From positions 15,936,001 to 15,996,000 of the forward strand of contig CM075988.1 in NCBI GenBank assembly GCA_038087875.1: 60,000 nt of DNA, read 5' to 3'. This DNA comes from Malacoraja senta (Eukaryota). Below the pieces are notes generated by a model, which saw only the letters and a program-made list of their open reading frames with translations, was not told the origin of the DNA and did no database searches. Made by a program: the position numbers and the translations under genes. The stretch's first letter is position 1, and every line of letters starts with the position of its first letter. Below, piece after piece: positions 13,165 through 27,140 of this stretch.

Positions 13165-13570
13165 TGGACAAACTTGGATTTTTGTTTTCCTGGAGTGTCA
13201 AAGATTGAGAGGAGACCTACTCAAAGTTTATAAAATTGTGAGAGGCATAGATAAAGTAGATGGTCAGAACCTTTACCCCAGGGTGGAAATGTCAAAGACT
13301 AGAGGGCATAGCTTTAACATCAGAAGAAGAAAGTTTAAGGAAATGTGAGGGGCAGTATTTCATGCAGAGAAGTGCCTGGAATGCACTGCCAAGGGTGGTG
13401 GTGGAGACATACAATAGTTACATTTAAGAAGTTTTTAGATAAGCTCAGGAAAGCTATGCAGGAAATGGAAGTATCATGCACAGGCAAAAAGGTCTAGCTT
13501 AATTTGGCATTATGTTCGGTACAGATATTATGGGCAAAATGGCCTGTTCCTGTGTTGTACTGTCCATGTT
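13165..13570 (+). mobile_element. CR1 LINE 3' fragment
   Basis: LRGDL..VYKI.RGID, TRGHSF, ggcctgttcctgtgttgtac tail. An opposite-strand CR1 3' end lies at ~12995-13140. Confidence 0.75.
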
Positions 13571-15512
13571 CTTAACATTGAATAAAAATCAGGATGAGGA
13601 ATTGAATCATCAAGGACTAGAAGGCCACAGTGGTAAGTACCAGTAAATGGGATTAATATAGTTGGGTACTTTATGATTGACATTGACGTGGTTAACCATA
13701 CGGCTTGTTTCTGTGTTATATGACTCTATATTTGACTCTACCAATCCAATGAGAAATTCTGGTTAAATCTTTTATCTGCTGATACCATCTAAACCAGCAA
13801 CAGCATAAAGACACCTTGGGTCCATTAGTCATGCCAGAATTTAATTTCAGGTTGAGGAGTGATGTCTAATTCACTGCACAGCCAGTCCCCTAGGCGACCT
13901 ATTGCTCATGTTGCCTGTGTGGTTCTGCTCTGTTAAGAGATTAAATATTACATTTCATTCTTTCAAATAGCATTAGTGAATGTGCACAGGTTTGACAGTG
14001 CTAAACTGCTGCTCTTCTTTCCATGGTATATTCTTTATAAACTGGCGTGATTCCATTATACCACTTCCAGCCTGAATTTTAAGATTGTAGTCTGCTCTGA
14101 TATAAAATGAAATCTCACCCAGACCAGAGACAAATGTCCTGACCAGCATTCACCTGTAATCACAATACAAAAAATGTCTGTTTATTTCACAACTTTGTTA
14201 CTGAGTATTAAGCCAGAAAGTATTTTAAAAAAGGGCATATTCAGATTCAGAATTCAATTTTTAAAAGAAATCTGAAAATAAATAGTTTTGGTCAATAATA
14301 AAGACAAGGAAGCAATTAGATTATCATAACGTTTCACTGTACCTTAATTGGTACACGTGACAATAAACTCACCTAGAAACATTCACTGAGTCAATAATAT
14401 ATTTTTGAGAAGGAAGCCTACAATTTTTCTCATCTAAATGTCACATGAGCCCTACAGCGATGTGGTTAAGATTTGAAGTGACAGCACCTTTTCTGATTGT
14501 GGTGAATGATATACACAGCTTGTACATTAGAAAGGAGCAATGGGCCTCGGGTTCATTTACAGCTAATGGTACTTCAGCGGTTTTGGCTGCTGTCTCTCCC
14601 TGTATTCCCTCTCTTTCACTCCCATACCTTTGCTTGTACAAGTCACTTGGGCTCTGTTAGCTTCATCACCAGGGGTAAGATTATAAACTCAGCACATTGA
14701 ATAGACTGAAGAAGGAAATTAGCTTCAGCCTTGTTAAAGAGACTGCTATCGACCATTTAAAATACTCCTTCAGATCTGATCCATGCTTGGAACTGCATGG
14801 ATGTCAGTTTGTTATTAGGGCCATACAAAGAGCACTGAAAGTGTTAACCTTTCAAACCTGCTTGTAAGGAAATAGTGAGAGATTTAGCTGCTGTAACTGG
14901 ACCTGTTGTACACAATCTATTTAAAGCCACAGAGTGCTCCACTTGGGCGGCAAGAGATACAAACACCATCTTTCAATATGTTATTGCCTCAAGTGTTTTG
15001 GGATGCCTTGAGGTTTCGAAAGACTCTATATAAATGCAAGTGTTTTTTTCTTTGCCAGTCTAGTTAAGGCTTTTTTGTAATTGGCATTTACTTTGAGTTC
15101 CATTGAAAGTCATATTCATCTCAATTCCACAGCAACACAATAGTCATCTAAAAGCTTCCAATAAAATATTGATGAACTCGAGTTACTGGCTTCAATTCAC
15201 TGTCAAGCACGTGAGTCATACAGCTCGGAAACAGGCCCTTTGGCCCAATTTGCCCATGGCGACCAAGTATCAGCATTGACACCAGGGTACTGCAGCGAAC
15301 CTGTATGAAATTGCCAACTTTATTATGCTTGTAGGAATTCAGGGTTAGTTAAGATGAGTGCAGCATTACATTTTAAATTAATTGCAGTATGTGTCGAGGA
15401 AGCAATCTGAAGAAACATAGATATTCTAAAGATGCACTCAATCTGCAAAACAATCACAGCAAAATGTGTTTCAGAAATAGTTGTAGTTTAAAAATTATTC
15501 TGCTTAAGCTTA

Positions 15513-15918
15513 TAAGAGGGCAGGAGGATGAGAGGTGATCTTGTAGAGTTGTATAAGATCCTGAGGGGAATAGGGAGGGTAAATGCAGTCTTTTATACAA
15601 GAGTAGTGAAATCGAGAACCAGGGAACATAGGTTTAAGGTGAGAGGAGAAAGATTTAATAGGGATAGGAGAAAGATTTAATAGGAACCGGAGGGACAACT
15701 TTTTTACACAGGGTGGTGGGTGTATGGACTAAGCTACCAGAGTAGGTGCTTGAGGTAAGTACTATAACAACATTTAAAAGACATTTGGGAGGGTACATGG
15801 ATAGGAAAAGTTTAGAGGGATATGGGCCAAACACGGGCAGGTGGGACTCGTGTGGATGGGGTATCTTAGTCAGCATGGTCAAGTTTTGTTAAAGGACCTG
15901 TTTCCATGCTGTATGACT
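15513..15918 (+). mobile_element. CR1 LINE 3' fragment
   Basis: gaggtgatctt..agaaccagggaacataggtttaagg..acacagggtggtggg..cctgtttccatgctgtatgact. Confidence 0.8.
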
Positions 15919-17036
15919 AATGGAATTTAAGGGTAGGATCTCTGGGAACCCATGAGTTGGGTTACAAAGAAGTTTAGAAAGGTTGTGGTCAGAATGCAAG
16001 AGTTTGGTGCATGAAGGGACAGGGTGGAAAGATATGAGAAGTCAGGGGCAATATAAGGATGTAGGGGAAGCTGGAGCAGGATAGAGTGTTGCAGAAAGTC
16101 AGGGGAAGGGTTTGGGGAAGTGGGGCACCATGTGAAAGTGGGACATCCGGGACAGGGTGGAAAGTAGGTGACAGTGGATAGAACAGAGTGGTACTGAGAG
16201 AGGAGAGAGAGTGGAGCGTCGGGTAGAAGAATGGAAGAATCTAGGAAGGCAGGTACACAGTGTCAAAGGGCATCTGATTGACTCGTACCATGCCTGAAAC
16301 CTCTTCAGGTGTGATAGAGATAGGGTGTGAATCAGAGCCCAATGTGGAGGTTGCAAGAATAGACAAACCTCCAGAGGAAAGATGAAAGTTTGGGCTATAT
16401 TCAATCGTCAACTGAGGAGGAGCTTTAGTGTTGCAGGTGTTGACTTTCGATAGCCATTAAACGGTGGACTCACTTCAACTCAATGGATTCAAAAGATCAT
16501 GACATTTCAAAGTGGAGGGAGAATTTAACAATCTGATCTTACAAAGATAATGTTGATATCTTAACTAATTTCACTTAAGCAAATTGTTTGGTAATCCCCG
16601 ATTCATTGGTTAATGTGGATTTAGTTTAGATTATTGTTACCAATTAGATTACCACGGTACAGTGAAAATCTTTTGTTGCATGCTGACCAAAGCTTGTTAT
16701 ATTAAACAGACGGTTCATTTTCTACATTACACCAGTGAACAGAAATGCTTTCTTGAATATGAAAGCTTTTGGGACCTCGTAAGTGAAGGTCACTCCAGGA
16801 ATACATTGTCTTTTCATAACTTCTATTGCGGTCACGAATACACCAACCAATGGTGAAGAGTTCTTCATGGACAATTTCATTTTATCCCTTTTTCATGATA
16901 ATGTGTAAAGAATCATATGTATTAGATATTATGAATGGAATGCAAAGCCAAAGAAAGTATTTCCTTTGATCAACATGAATAGCCATTTTTTCAATTTGTG
17001 TCAAATGACTCCCTTTGTCTGGAGAGAGTAGACATA

Positions 17037-17391
17037 AGGGCCTGTCCCACTGTAAGAGGTTATTCAAGAGTTCTCCCGAGTTTTCCCCTGATTTTAACTC
17101 GGAGAATGTCCGTAGCGGGTCCGTAGGTGTTCGTGGATGTCTCGTAGCGGCTCGTACGAATAAAAAGTAAAAATTGTTTTCATCACGAATATTTTTTTAC
17201 TCGTGGACATTTTTCACAGTGTTGAAAAAACGTCACGAGTTTACCGGATTTCCCGAGTACCTACCGTTACTCATACGAGCTGCTATGAGACATCCACGAA
17301 CTCCTACGGACCCGCTACGGACATTCTCTGAGTTCGAATCGGGAAAACTCGGGAGAACTCTTGAATTACCTCGTACAGTGGGACAGGCCCT
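17037..17391. mobile_element. MITE, PIF/Harbinger-like, 355 bp
   Basis: Inverted arms of ~120 bp: AGGGCCTGTCCCACTGTA...TACAGTGGGACAGGCCCT. Flanks ATA/TTA fit a TWA-type 3-bp TSD with one mismatch. CpG-rich. Confidence 0.85.
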
Positions 17392-17892
17392 TTAGACTAT
17401 AAAGAATGATGGTTGGCACACATTTCCCAGTAAAAATCCTGTTAGTTTTCCATCTGGACCATTGAATAGCAGGCAGTGATTCCTGCAGACTTATCGTCTG
17501 CTTTGTTCTGTCGTCCATGTCATATATGCATGGTTAGTATTTTTACTCGAGTATTGACCATTAAACAGAAGGTGATAGTGTGGGCTAACTATGTGACAAA
17601 CTGTGTTTAGCAGCTGATGAGGCCACTTAAAGGTAGAGCCTACCCTGTGCCTGCACTTTGTCACATCTACTGTGAGGCTTTTCTCACCCTCCATATATTT
17701 CCTTGCATTCTGTTTTCAAATTGTCATTGCACCAGGGGAAGAAATGGAGAAATATATGGAAATATATTTTATTGAACAAACAGGCAGTTCAGCTCAACAG
17801 TTCATGTCAACATTGAGGCTAACACATAATTAGCTGCCCTATTCCCTATCCAACTCTTCTGATCCCAATCTAAACTAACCTTGAATAATATT

Positions 17893-18201
17893 TTCAGAAG
17901 TGGGAGACTCCAGGACCAGAGGGCACGACCTCAGAATAAAAGGACGTACCTTTAGAATGGAGATGAGGAATTCCTTTAGCCAGAGGGTGGTGAATCTTTG
18001 GAATTCATTGCCACAGATGGCTGTGGAAGCCGTCATTGGGTATTTTTAAAGTGGCGCTTGATAGGCTCTTGATCAGTAAGGTTACTGGGAGAAAGCAGAA
18101 GAATTGGGGTTTAGAGGGAAGAATATATCAGCCATGATGGAATTGCAGAGCAGACTGAATGGGCCGAATTGCCTAATTCTGCTTCTGTCTTCTGATCTTA
18201 T
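17893..18201 (+). mobile_element. CR1 LINE 3' fragment
   Basis: SRTRGHDLRIKG..cagagggtggtgaatc..ggccgaattgcctaattctgct tail. Confidence 0.8.
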
Positions 18202-18589
18202 GTCACCAATTTGCCCCCAAGTACAATATGGGTTCTCTACAACCTATAGGATATTGTTTCTGCTTAAAAAATGTTAAAAGCCTTTTACACTTGTTAAAGG
18301 CCATTCATTGTCAAGAGTTAAGAGTGTTTAATTGTCATATGCACTGCGTCTGGAACAATTAAATTCTTACTTGCTGCAGTTTTACAGGCACATTAAATGC
18401 ACCAACACAACAAATAAATGTACAGTAAATTATCAGTTATACTAGGAAAACAGACCACAATAGTATAATCTTTGGAGAGAAGGAACAAGTGATGTTTCTG
18501 GTTGGAACCCTTCTTCACACCTTTCTTCTCTCTAAACCAGCATCTACAGTTCCATCCAATCCATAATAGTTCCGTTCTGACGTAATGTG

Positions 18590-18940
18590 TCATTAGAGTT
18601 GTGCAAGGTGATTCAACTTCCAGATGGTTGAAGGGAAGAAGTTGTTTTTGAACCTGGAGGTAACAGTTCTTGTAGCACCTCCCCGATGATAGCAGTGAGA
18701 TGACAATGTGGCCAGGCTGTTGTTGGTCTTTGATATTAGCTGCCTTCTTGATGCAGCACTTCCTGTGGATGGTGGGGAGGTCAGCACCTGTAATGGATTG
18801 AGCAATGTCTAGCACATTCTGCAGACTCTTTCATTCTTGGGTATTTGAGTCACCGAACCAGCCATGATGCAACTAGTTAGAATGGTCTCTGATGTGCATC
18901 TATTGAAATTCTATAGAGTGTCGACGTGCTGAATCTCAAG
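18590..18940 (-). mobile_element. Rex1/Babar LINE C-terminal fragment
   Basis: AQSITGADLPTI..CCIKKAANIKD..PGH..ISLLSSGR and TSRFKNNFFPSTI. A 3' UTR-like tail lies near 18315-18400. Confidence 0.75.
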
Positions 18941-19124
18941 TGTCAGTTGAAATATCTTTTCCCTCTCTTTTAGAAGCTTCATTGCATCATCCAAAAAATA
19001 GTGTAGTTGTACTAAAAGAAACCTCACTTGGTCATTTCACTTGTTCCTTGTACCTTATACCTCCCGAAGAGTCCACCAGGGACTATATTGAAAGTTGGAC
19101 AATTTTATACTGGACATTTGTTAC

Positions 19125-19318
19125 ATTTATCAAGCCAGTTAACTTACAAACCTGTACATCTTTGGAGTGTGGGAGGAAACTGAAGATCTCGAAGAAAACC
19201 CATGCAGATCACGGGGAGAACGTACAAACTCCATACAGACAGGACCCGTAGTCGGGATTGAATCCAGGTCTCCGGCGCTGCATTTTGCTGTGGCAGCAAC
19301 TCTACCGCTGCGCCACCT
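19125..19318 (-). mobile_element. V-SINE (HE1-like), 5' part
   Basis: Reverse complement ggtggcgcagcggtagagttgctgcc..gattcaatcc..ttcctcccacactccaaaga. Confidence 0.8.
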
Positions 19319-22300
19319 GCAATCACTCCCTGCTAAAAAGACATGCAGAGAGGAGAGTACATCAGGAGAGCACGGGGAAGAGCACAGAAACTGGCCAAGA
19401 AATTGTAATAGTATTGAAGTAGCATCGTGGGTCACCCTAACAGTCTGAAGTCTCATCAGGACCCAAATAAGATCATTTTATGAAGAATTATGTAAAGGAA
19501 TTTCTGCATCACTATTTCTCTGCCCTTGGATTGGTTTTGATTTTGATCATTTAAAGCATAAAGTGGAAGGCCACAGTGCATTGAATCTTCCCGAAAGAGT
19601 CTTTACATTTTATTTATGTAATGGTATTGACCTGTGAACTAGCAAATTTGATGCAGTTGAAAGCTTAGGCCAAATTCCATATGACAAGAGCATGACCTTG
19701 GGATTGGCCTCAGCTGATGGTCACATCTTAAACTCAAGCTGCTAAATGTTTCCCATTTTTGGCTAAATTTTCGTGATGTAGCCATTAGTAGCAAGATCTG
19801 GAAATAGGATGACAAAACCTTAGAAAGGTTTCAAAAGAGCTTTACCAGATTAGTATCAGGATTGAAGGACTTGAACTATGAGATCTAATTGGAATCTATG
19901 TGATTAATATCCTTTAAGCAGAGCAGACTGAAAGCAGAATTCCTGACCTGCTTTAATAGAGGAAATGTGAAACTATTTGCAAGAACGGAAGGACTGGTAA
20001 CCAGATGACACAAATTCAAAGACAATTGCTGAACAAAGTTGTGGAGATGATCAGAAATGTTTCCAGCAAAAAAAAAAATTGTTAATGATCTGGATTGTAC
20101 TGCTTGTATGAGTGGTGAAAGCAGATCCTGTAGTAAATTAAAAAAAAAGATATTTGTTCAAATGCAGGACCAGTGGGAAGGAGCAGAGGATTGAGCTGAG
20201 TTGCAAAACTCTTTCCAAAAGCCATCCCAGTTTAATAAATTGAATGGCTCCCTTCTGTGATGCACAGTAATATAATCAAACTGTAGTTGTCTTGGGGACA
20301 TGACAGTATGGCATCGAGAGCAATCTAACACAACTGAGAAACTTATTAGTTCAGTAGGTCAGAAATAGTTACTGGATTCTAATAACAAAAAAAGCAATGG
20401 AAAGTGCGAGATTTTGGTGATGAGATTAGATTAATGGCCCTTTTGATGTACAACTAAGGTTGGGGTATGATGTGGTGTTGATGTGGGAGTATTCAGAAAT
20501 ATTGTGAATTGTTTATGTGCATAGGCCTTTGAATTGTTTCTGAAATCAGATTGATTATTGCATAACAAAATAATAGTGTGGCTGAATGATTTGCTGTAGG
20601 AATTACTGTCACGTTTAGCTTTTATAATAATTAATTCTTGGAATGTGTCTGTCACTTGGCTAAACCCGATTGTTAGAACGGTTTAGGGTTTGAACTCGAA
20701 GCCGAATGTGTATTAAATTTAACACATCTCCAGGGAATGCATGTTCAAACTAACACCAAGAGATATAGGTTCTACTTGGATTTGTTCCCTGCAATCTAGC
20801 AACTGTTTAAGGAGTGTTTAAGTTTTCGTTTTACTGAAACTGTTGGTTGGATCATTGCACAATATCAAGTGAGTGATTGTGGGAGAAATACACGCAGTCT
20901 ATTTCTCTGTAGCCTGTTTCCATCCACTCCTCTAACCCTCAATCTTCTGCCTTAGAGTGTAGGTGCAGCAGAGAAAATAGAAAATTAACCCTTATCTGCA
21001 CAAAATGAACAGATTCAATACTCTTAGTGATCAATTGCAACAAGTTATACACATAGTGACACAGTGCTATTTATGAATATTATGCAAGATTATTGCACCA
21101 AAAGGTCTCAAAACATCCTGGATATCTGTCATTCTGTAATATAAACTACCCAGACACCTTGGTTGCTGTCCTTTAACTACTCCCCCAAAATCTGTTACTC
21201 TATAAGGCACCAAAATTCCTTGATTAGATTCCAGCTTGTAACTCCTGAATATCCTTTTAAACTCCTCAAATAAATTCCATCTGACAATCTATGGGAGTTT
21301 GTTATTCCATTTGAAAACCCTTTTTAAAAATAAATCTAATCTGTGTTTCACTTCTGACTATTCACCATTTTAGAATTTATTTAGTTTGTTGCGGATATCT
21401 GGCAAATAGGGATAATATCTGTAACAGTTTAAAAATCATGAGGTTAGTCACTTTGCATAAATAGTTTCTGTTTGATCAAAACATTTTGCTTACTTTCTAC
21501 ATGTTAAAAAAAAAAAGAAGCTTAAAATTTATAAAAGTTAAATTGGAACATACAGTCTGCAGAATCCTAACACAAATCTGACTGATTTCCTACTGAATCC
21601 TGCTATTCATTGCACTTCACCTATTATTGGGTTGTGAGTGCTGGAATTTCAGATTCAGAGTACTTTTTTTATATAAAGAAAGATTCAGACAAGATGCTAA
21701 CAGTCATCTGAATGCATACTTCTGCTTGTCTGATGTCTTGGATTCTGCAGTTTAATATGTCTGGGATGTTTATCCTGATTTGGAATGAATACAAAATCTA
21801 CGTTTGTTCAGATCTCTCAGAACAATCTGTTCCAGAAAGTTTGGTTGGTGGTGGGGGAGGGAGGTAATAAAGTCACTGTCTCCAATGTAAAACTGGAGAT
21901 ACTTGAGCTGTTCTCATGCCTCAAATTATATGTTGTCATTTGCAGCAAGTGGACTGATGAAAGCATCAGTATCAAACTGTTTTTAATGCTTTCTGATAAC
22001 TGTTTTTGTAAAATTGGATCAGAACTGCACCCACTTCACTGTGACTTTGTGCAATAATGACTGTTCTTTAGTCATTGCCACCCACAAGAATTCACCTTAA
22101 ACTCAAATATCACTAAGTCAGTGCTATGTCTCAATATTAAAGTTTACTTCGTGTAATGTAAGTGTTCTTTTCCTTAAGTAGTTCCTGCTGTCTAGAACAG
22201 AGTTATTGATTGAATGGACTGTGAAGAAATGGATAAAGCTTTCCTGGTAAATATGGATATCCAGCTACACCAATGAACACCCCCACAAATACCCATTTAA

Positions 22301-22465
22301 AAGTCAATACTGAGACTTTGAAAAGAGAACTGAATGGTGGATCTGACTGGAAACCTTTGTGTTCTGATTTTACCCAACTCCTTTGTGTCCTTACAGTTTA
22401 AATATTACAGTCAGATCCTCGCTTGTAAAAAAATAAATGTCATTGCTGTAATTTGCAGCACGTAG

Positions 22466-24078
22466 AATAAGCAACTTCGGTATCGCGATAAACGCAAGGA
22501 ATCATGGGATTTGTCAAAAGCCATTCGGGATTAAAAAAAAGCGAATGCAGCGCTGTATAAACTGTGTATAAAATTGTTAAATATTCTACCAAGGAATTAA
22601 TCTAGAATTCTGTCAACTCAATAGCTTCCTTTCTTGGTCTGCTGTTCACACACTACTTCAGTACATTAATCTGCAATTATGAGATATTCAAATATTTAAA
22701 GAATTTATTATTTTCATTTAATCCTTAATGTGTTTGATACTGGAATAAGAAAATATTACTTGTTTGAAACATTTTCTTATCTTTATTCATAATTTATGTG
22801 TAAAAATATATTTAATCTGAGGCAGGCAGTGACTATCAGTGTGATGCTTGATGCTTTACCAACAGGCAGTGTGAATGTACCGTTAAGGAAAATATTAATC
22901 TTTGAGGAAAACTGAGTACAGGGTTGGCCCTGTGAAGGAGCCGCCAATCCGATATAAGACATTTAACTGCAAAATGCCTGCCGTTTAGTATTGGATAGAT
23001 TGAGTGGAGGGTCTGTGTAGTTCCAAGTTTCCCCCAGCTATCTCACCCAGTGCACGTTGACCAGCACACTTCGCCAGCCCTTGTTAGCAGGGGCTCTTTG
23101 TGCAGGTGTTACCTGAAGCCCAAAGGTTTTGTGGAGGTTCTGCGTTAGGATCGGGCACGCAGCGAGCTAACGAGAGGGCTGTCAGATTAGATCAACCCAG
23201 GTTGCCGGGTGGCTGAAGGGCGGATTTTAATGTGTCGTTATTAAACTGTTCCGTTTGTGCAGCATCACCAGCTCTCTCTCTCCCAGATCCCCCACCCCAA
23301 ATGTCGACAAAGTCTGATTGAGAAAATGCTCCCACTCATATTAGGGGTTGACTCCACGTTTGCCCACTCGCTGGGGCGGGCGGTGCCTCCTTCAACGAGA
23401 GCGAGAATAGGTCCCGTCAACTAGGGAGCTGCGACCCACTCCTGAGTGAAGCCTCTAGTTTGGCTCCGGTTCAAATGGCTGCAAATTCTCATAATTATCA
23501 CTGCACGGTCACCCGGACCCGGCTCCCAACTGTGTGCCCTGACAGACTGGAACCAACTTCAGAGGTTAACGCGACAGCATCTTTATTTAAACCAACCCAC
23601 CTCAAGTTTAACCAGCCTGTTCGAATCCAATCTGAACTTTCCAACCTATCCCCCACACAGCACATTCTCCTCGTTTCCTTCAATCCTGGAAGGTTGTTTA
23701 GATAGGAATGTAAGGACTGTCTCAAATTGGTTGACCACACAACTTGTAATTCGTGTAAATCAATATCGAATTTGAATGGCTGTGACTCAGGCTAATGCCA
23801 GGGATTTGATAATTGACAGGTTCGTTCCAGGCATTCTTGCGTTTTCAAGGCTGGTGCTGTATTGAGTCAATAATTTAAATCGATACAATTGTGGATTTGA
23901 GCAGCCTGCAGTACGCAATGGCCTACTGCTGACATATTTGACGGATACATTTATTTATAAATCTCATTGAAATGAATGCGCAGGTCCATACACACACAGT
24001 AGTTCAGCTGGTGAGAATGTTTATCCCGAATGACCCATGACCTGGGCATGCGCAGTTGTAATACCGAACTCGCTTATT
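22466..24078. mobile_element. Candidate non-autonomous DNA transposon with imperfect inverted ends, unclassified
   Basis: Left end aataagcaacttcggtat..tcatggg..cattcgggat; right end (reverse complement) aataagcgagttcggtat..tcatgggtcattcgggat. The right ~100 bp recurs at 36258-36358. Confidence 0.5.
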
Positions 24079-24188
24079 TCCTTTCCTCTTCTGCTTGCTT
24101 TATGGAACATATCTTAATGTTGGGATTGCGCATCACTGCCAACTGCACTGTAGCTCTGTTTTTCTCTGAGTTAACTGTACTGCCGCTC

Positions 24189-24280
24189 TGTCTGAAGAAG
24201 AGTCTCGACCCGAATCATCACCCATTCCTTTTGTCTTGAGATGCTGCCTGTCCCGCTGAGTTTTTGTGTCTATCTTCTGT
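24189..24280 (+). mobile_element. Penelope-derived short element, degenerate hammerhead
   Basis: tgtCTGAAGAagagtctcgacccGAATcatcacccattcc..gatgctgcctgtcccgctgag. Confidence 0.7.
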
Positions 24281-26038
24281 AAAACTGTTCTGTTTTACAT
24301 TGTTTTGCTCTTGGTGATCTCAATATTCAGACTTGGGACACAGGAGGTGACATTTGACCCATTGAGTCTATGCCCACATTCAGAGCCTTCCCATCAGTTT
24401 TCTTCTCAGACTTGCTTCCCCATCAGTACCTTCTCTCACATGACCATCAACTTCCCCTTGATTCTCCTGACACTCACCTACACCAGCAGCAATTAACCTA
24501 TCAACTAACATACCTTTTCGATCTGGGATACATAGATACATAGAAAATAGGTGCAGGAGTAGGCCATTCAGCCCTTCGAGCCTGCACCGCCATTCAATAT
24601 GATCATGGCTGATCATCCAACTCGGTATCCCGTACCTGCCTTCTCTCCATACCCCCTGATCCCTTTAGCCACAAGGGCCACATCTAACTCCCTCTTAAAT
24701 ATAGCTGATGAAACTGGAACATTCGGGAGAGACACGTGGTTATAGAGAGAACGTGCAAACCCCCTCTCACAAACCCCACCTATGTCACGACTGAACCTGG
24801 GTCACTGGATCTGTACTACCTGCTGTACAGCTTGGCTGGCCTATCTCTGTCACTTATGTACAAGTTATGTGAACAACTGTTCTAAACAGAGTTCAGAGTG
24901 CATGAATATATCTATCCCTTGGTGATAGGCTGCAACCTGTAACATTTGTTCACCTTTAGTTGTCTCCAGTGACAGTAGTTTTCCGATGTTTCAAGTCTGA
25001 CACTGAACCATCACTCGGATTCCATAATCCTGGTCCAGAATGGATCATAAGAGTAGAACTCTTTAATTTTTACGTGTTGCCTTACCACAGCATGACTATT
25101 CCAGTTATGGAAATTTAGTTTATTATTGTTCGGTGTGCCGAGGTACAGTGAAAAGCTTTTGTTGAGTGCTAACCAGTCAGCAGAAAGACAATACATGATT
25201 ACAATCGAGCCATCCACAGTGCACAGATGCATAATAAAGGGAATTTGTACATTCAACTCTGAAACAAAATTTCTCCTCTCCTGAAACTTGTTTTGCTCCT
25301 TAATTTCATACTTTTGTCCTCATGCATTCACTCAGATATCTACATGCCTCTCCATGATCTGTTCATTAATGCTGTAAGCTTTGATTTGTCAAATATATTA
25401 AATCCAGGAACCAGAAATACAAAGAAAGAGTTTAATATCATATATAATCAGTACTGTACCTGAGCTGAAACTAGTAAGGCACTGATCAGTCATTGTGCAG
25501 CACTGCAATGCAGTACTGGTGGGATCAGATCTGACACTGCATAATACTAAGGTAGAGTACTGGTGAATGTAAAGGGGTCTTGATGTAATGCTGGGGTACT
25601 CGTCAGTAAAGCAACATGTATTCATGCAACACCTTCAGCATCCCAAAGCAATTAGGATAGGGATTAATTAAAAAACAGATCAGAGAGAGCGATTTAAAGG
25701 CGAACCTAGTGGGAAGAAGGATAGAATGGTTCAGGGCACTGGAGATGTAATAAGGCATTTTTTAAATGGTGTAAATATGTGATTTGAAAGTTATCTTGAG
25801 GCCAAGGGGATGCCATGGTTACAAACAATCTGATTCAGCCTCAAGACAGTTGCCAAGGATAGTGATTAAACTACGACGATAGATCATAGCAGATACAGGT
25901 CTTTTACTAGAATGCTAAAGAATGTTACTAGTGAGTATGAATCTATTATGGGGTACAAGTCTATTACTGAGACTGGTGTATTCTTCTTATACTGGGGTAC
26001 AGTGCTACTCGTGGGTGCAGATCTATTTCTTTATACAA

Positions 26039-26237
26039 GGTAGACACAGCGTAACTCAGCGGGTGAGGCAGCATCTCTGGAGAAAAGGAACTGGCGACGT
26101 TTCGGGTCGAGACCCTTCTTCAGACTGATGTCGGGGAGGGGGCGGGACAGAGATAGAATGTAGTCGGAGACAGTAAGACTAGTGGGAGAACTGGAAAGGG
26201 GATGGAGAGAGAAAGCAAGGGCTATCTTAAATTTCTT
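26039..26237 (-). mobile_element. Penelope 3'-end fragment (ORF stop, 3' UTR, intact hammerhead core)
   Basis: Minus strand reads aatttaagatagccc...catcagtCTGAAGAagggtctcgacccGAAAcgtc. TSD tatttctttataca at 26024-26037 recurs at 26238-26251 and 26255-26268. Confidence 0.8.
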
Positions 26238-26974
26238 TATTTCTTTATACATTTTATTTCTTTATACAACCATATTAATCTAATACATCTTACTTAAGAT
26301 AATAACCAAAGAACTACTAGAAGATCTTTTTCAGAATTTTTTTACATTAATAAGACTGATGTTGGCAATATATTTTGTAATATCAACATGCATTTTGCTC
26401 AACGAATAATGGATTAAAATGTGGAAATAAACCTGATTAGTAAAAGCATGGGCGACAAATGATGACTTCCCACTGGCAGATATTATTGTCAATATTAAAA
26501 TGGTAACAATTTGTAATATTAAACAAGTTCTAAACTGCAGATGTAGGAAATTTGAAATAAAACCTGAACATTCTGCAAACATCCAGTAGTTCAGGCAGCA
26601 TCTGGTAAAAGAAAAACCTGTTAAAATAGCAGGTCAAAACTCCTTCAAAGGAACTGAAAAAAATGAGAAAACAAGTTGGTTGTAATTAGCAGTTGAATGC
26701 GGAGCAGGGATGCATTGGACAGAGGAAATATTTTGGTAGGATGTTGCCAAGGTTGCTGGGGTAATACATTGTTTACAAAGCTGTCTGATTTTAGATTAAT
26801 GAGGGCAGTGAAATGCAGGTCAGAACTATTGAAGAGAACTAAAACCAAAGGAATGTTAGAAATGATCAGCATACCAGGCAGCGTCTGTGGGGGGATAAAA
26901 AAACAAGTTCATGGTGCAAATGGATAAACTTTCAGCACCAATGGCCAGTTCTGACACAGAGAGAGAAAGCAAAT

Positions 26975-27140
26975 TATCTGAAATTGTTAAATTTGACATT
27001 TGAGCCAAGAAGGCTGCAACATGCCATATTGAAAGTGATGAGCTGTTCTCAAGCTTAATTTGCACCTATTGGAACGGTGCAGGAGTCCAGAGAGTGTCAG
27101 TAGGATGCAGAATTAAAGTGATAGGTGATTGGAAGCTTGG
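26975..27140 (-). mobile_element. Old degenerate Penelope GIY-YIG C-terminal fragment
   Basis: By eye it aligns with the reverse complement of 45790-45920 (KLE..HLIF..F.N region). Confidence 0.5.

Noticed and set aside
15646..15685. Tandem duplication of gagaaagatttaatagg
   Set aside because: Local slippage inside a dead CR1 fragment.
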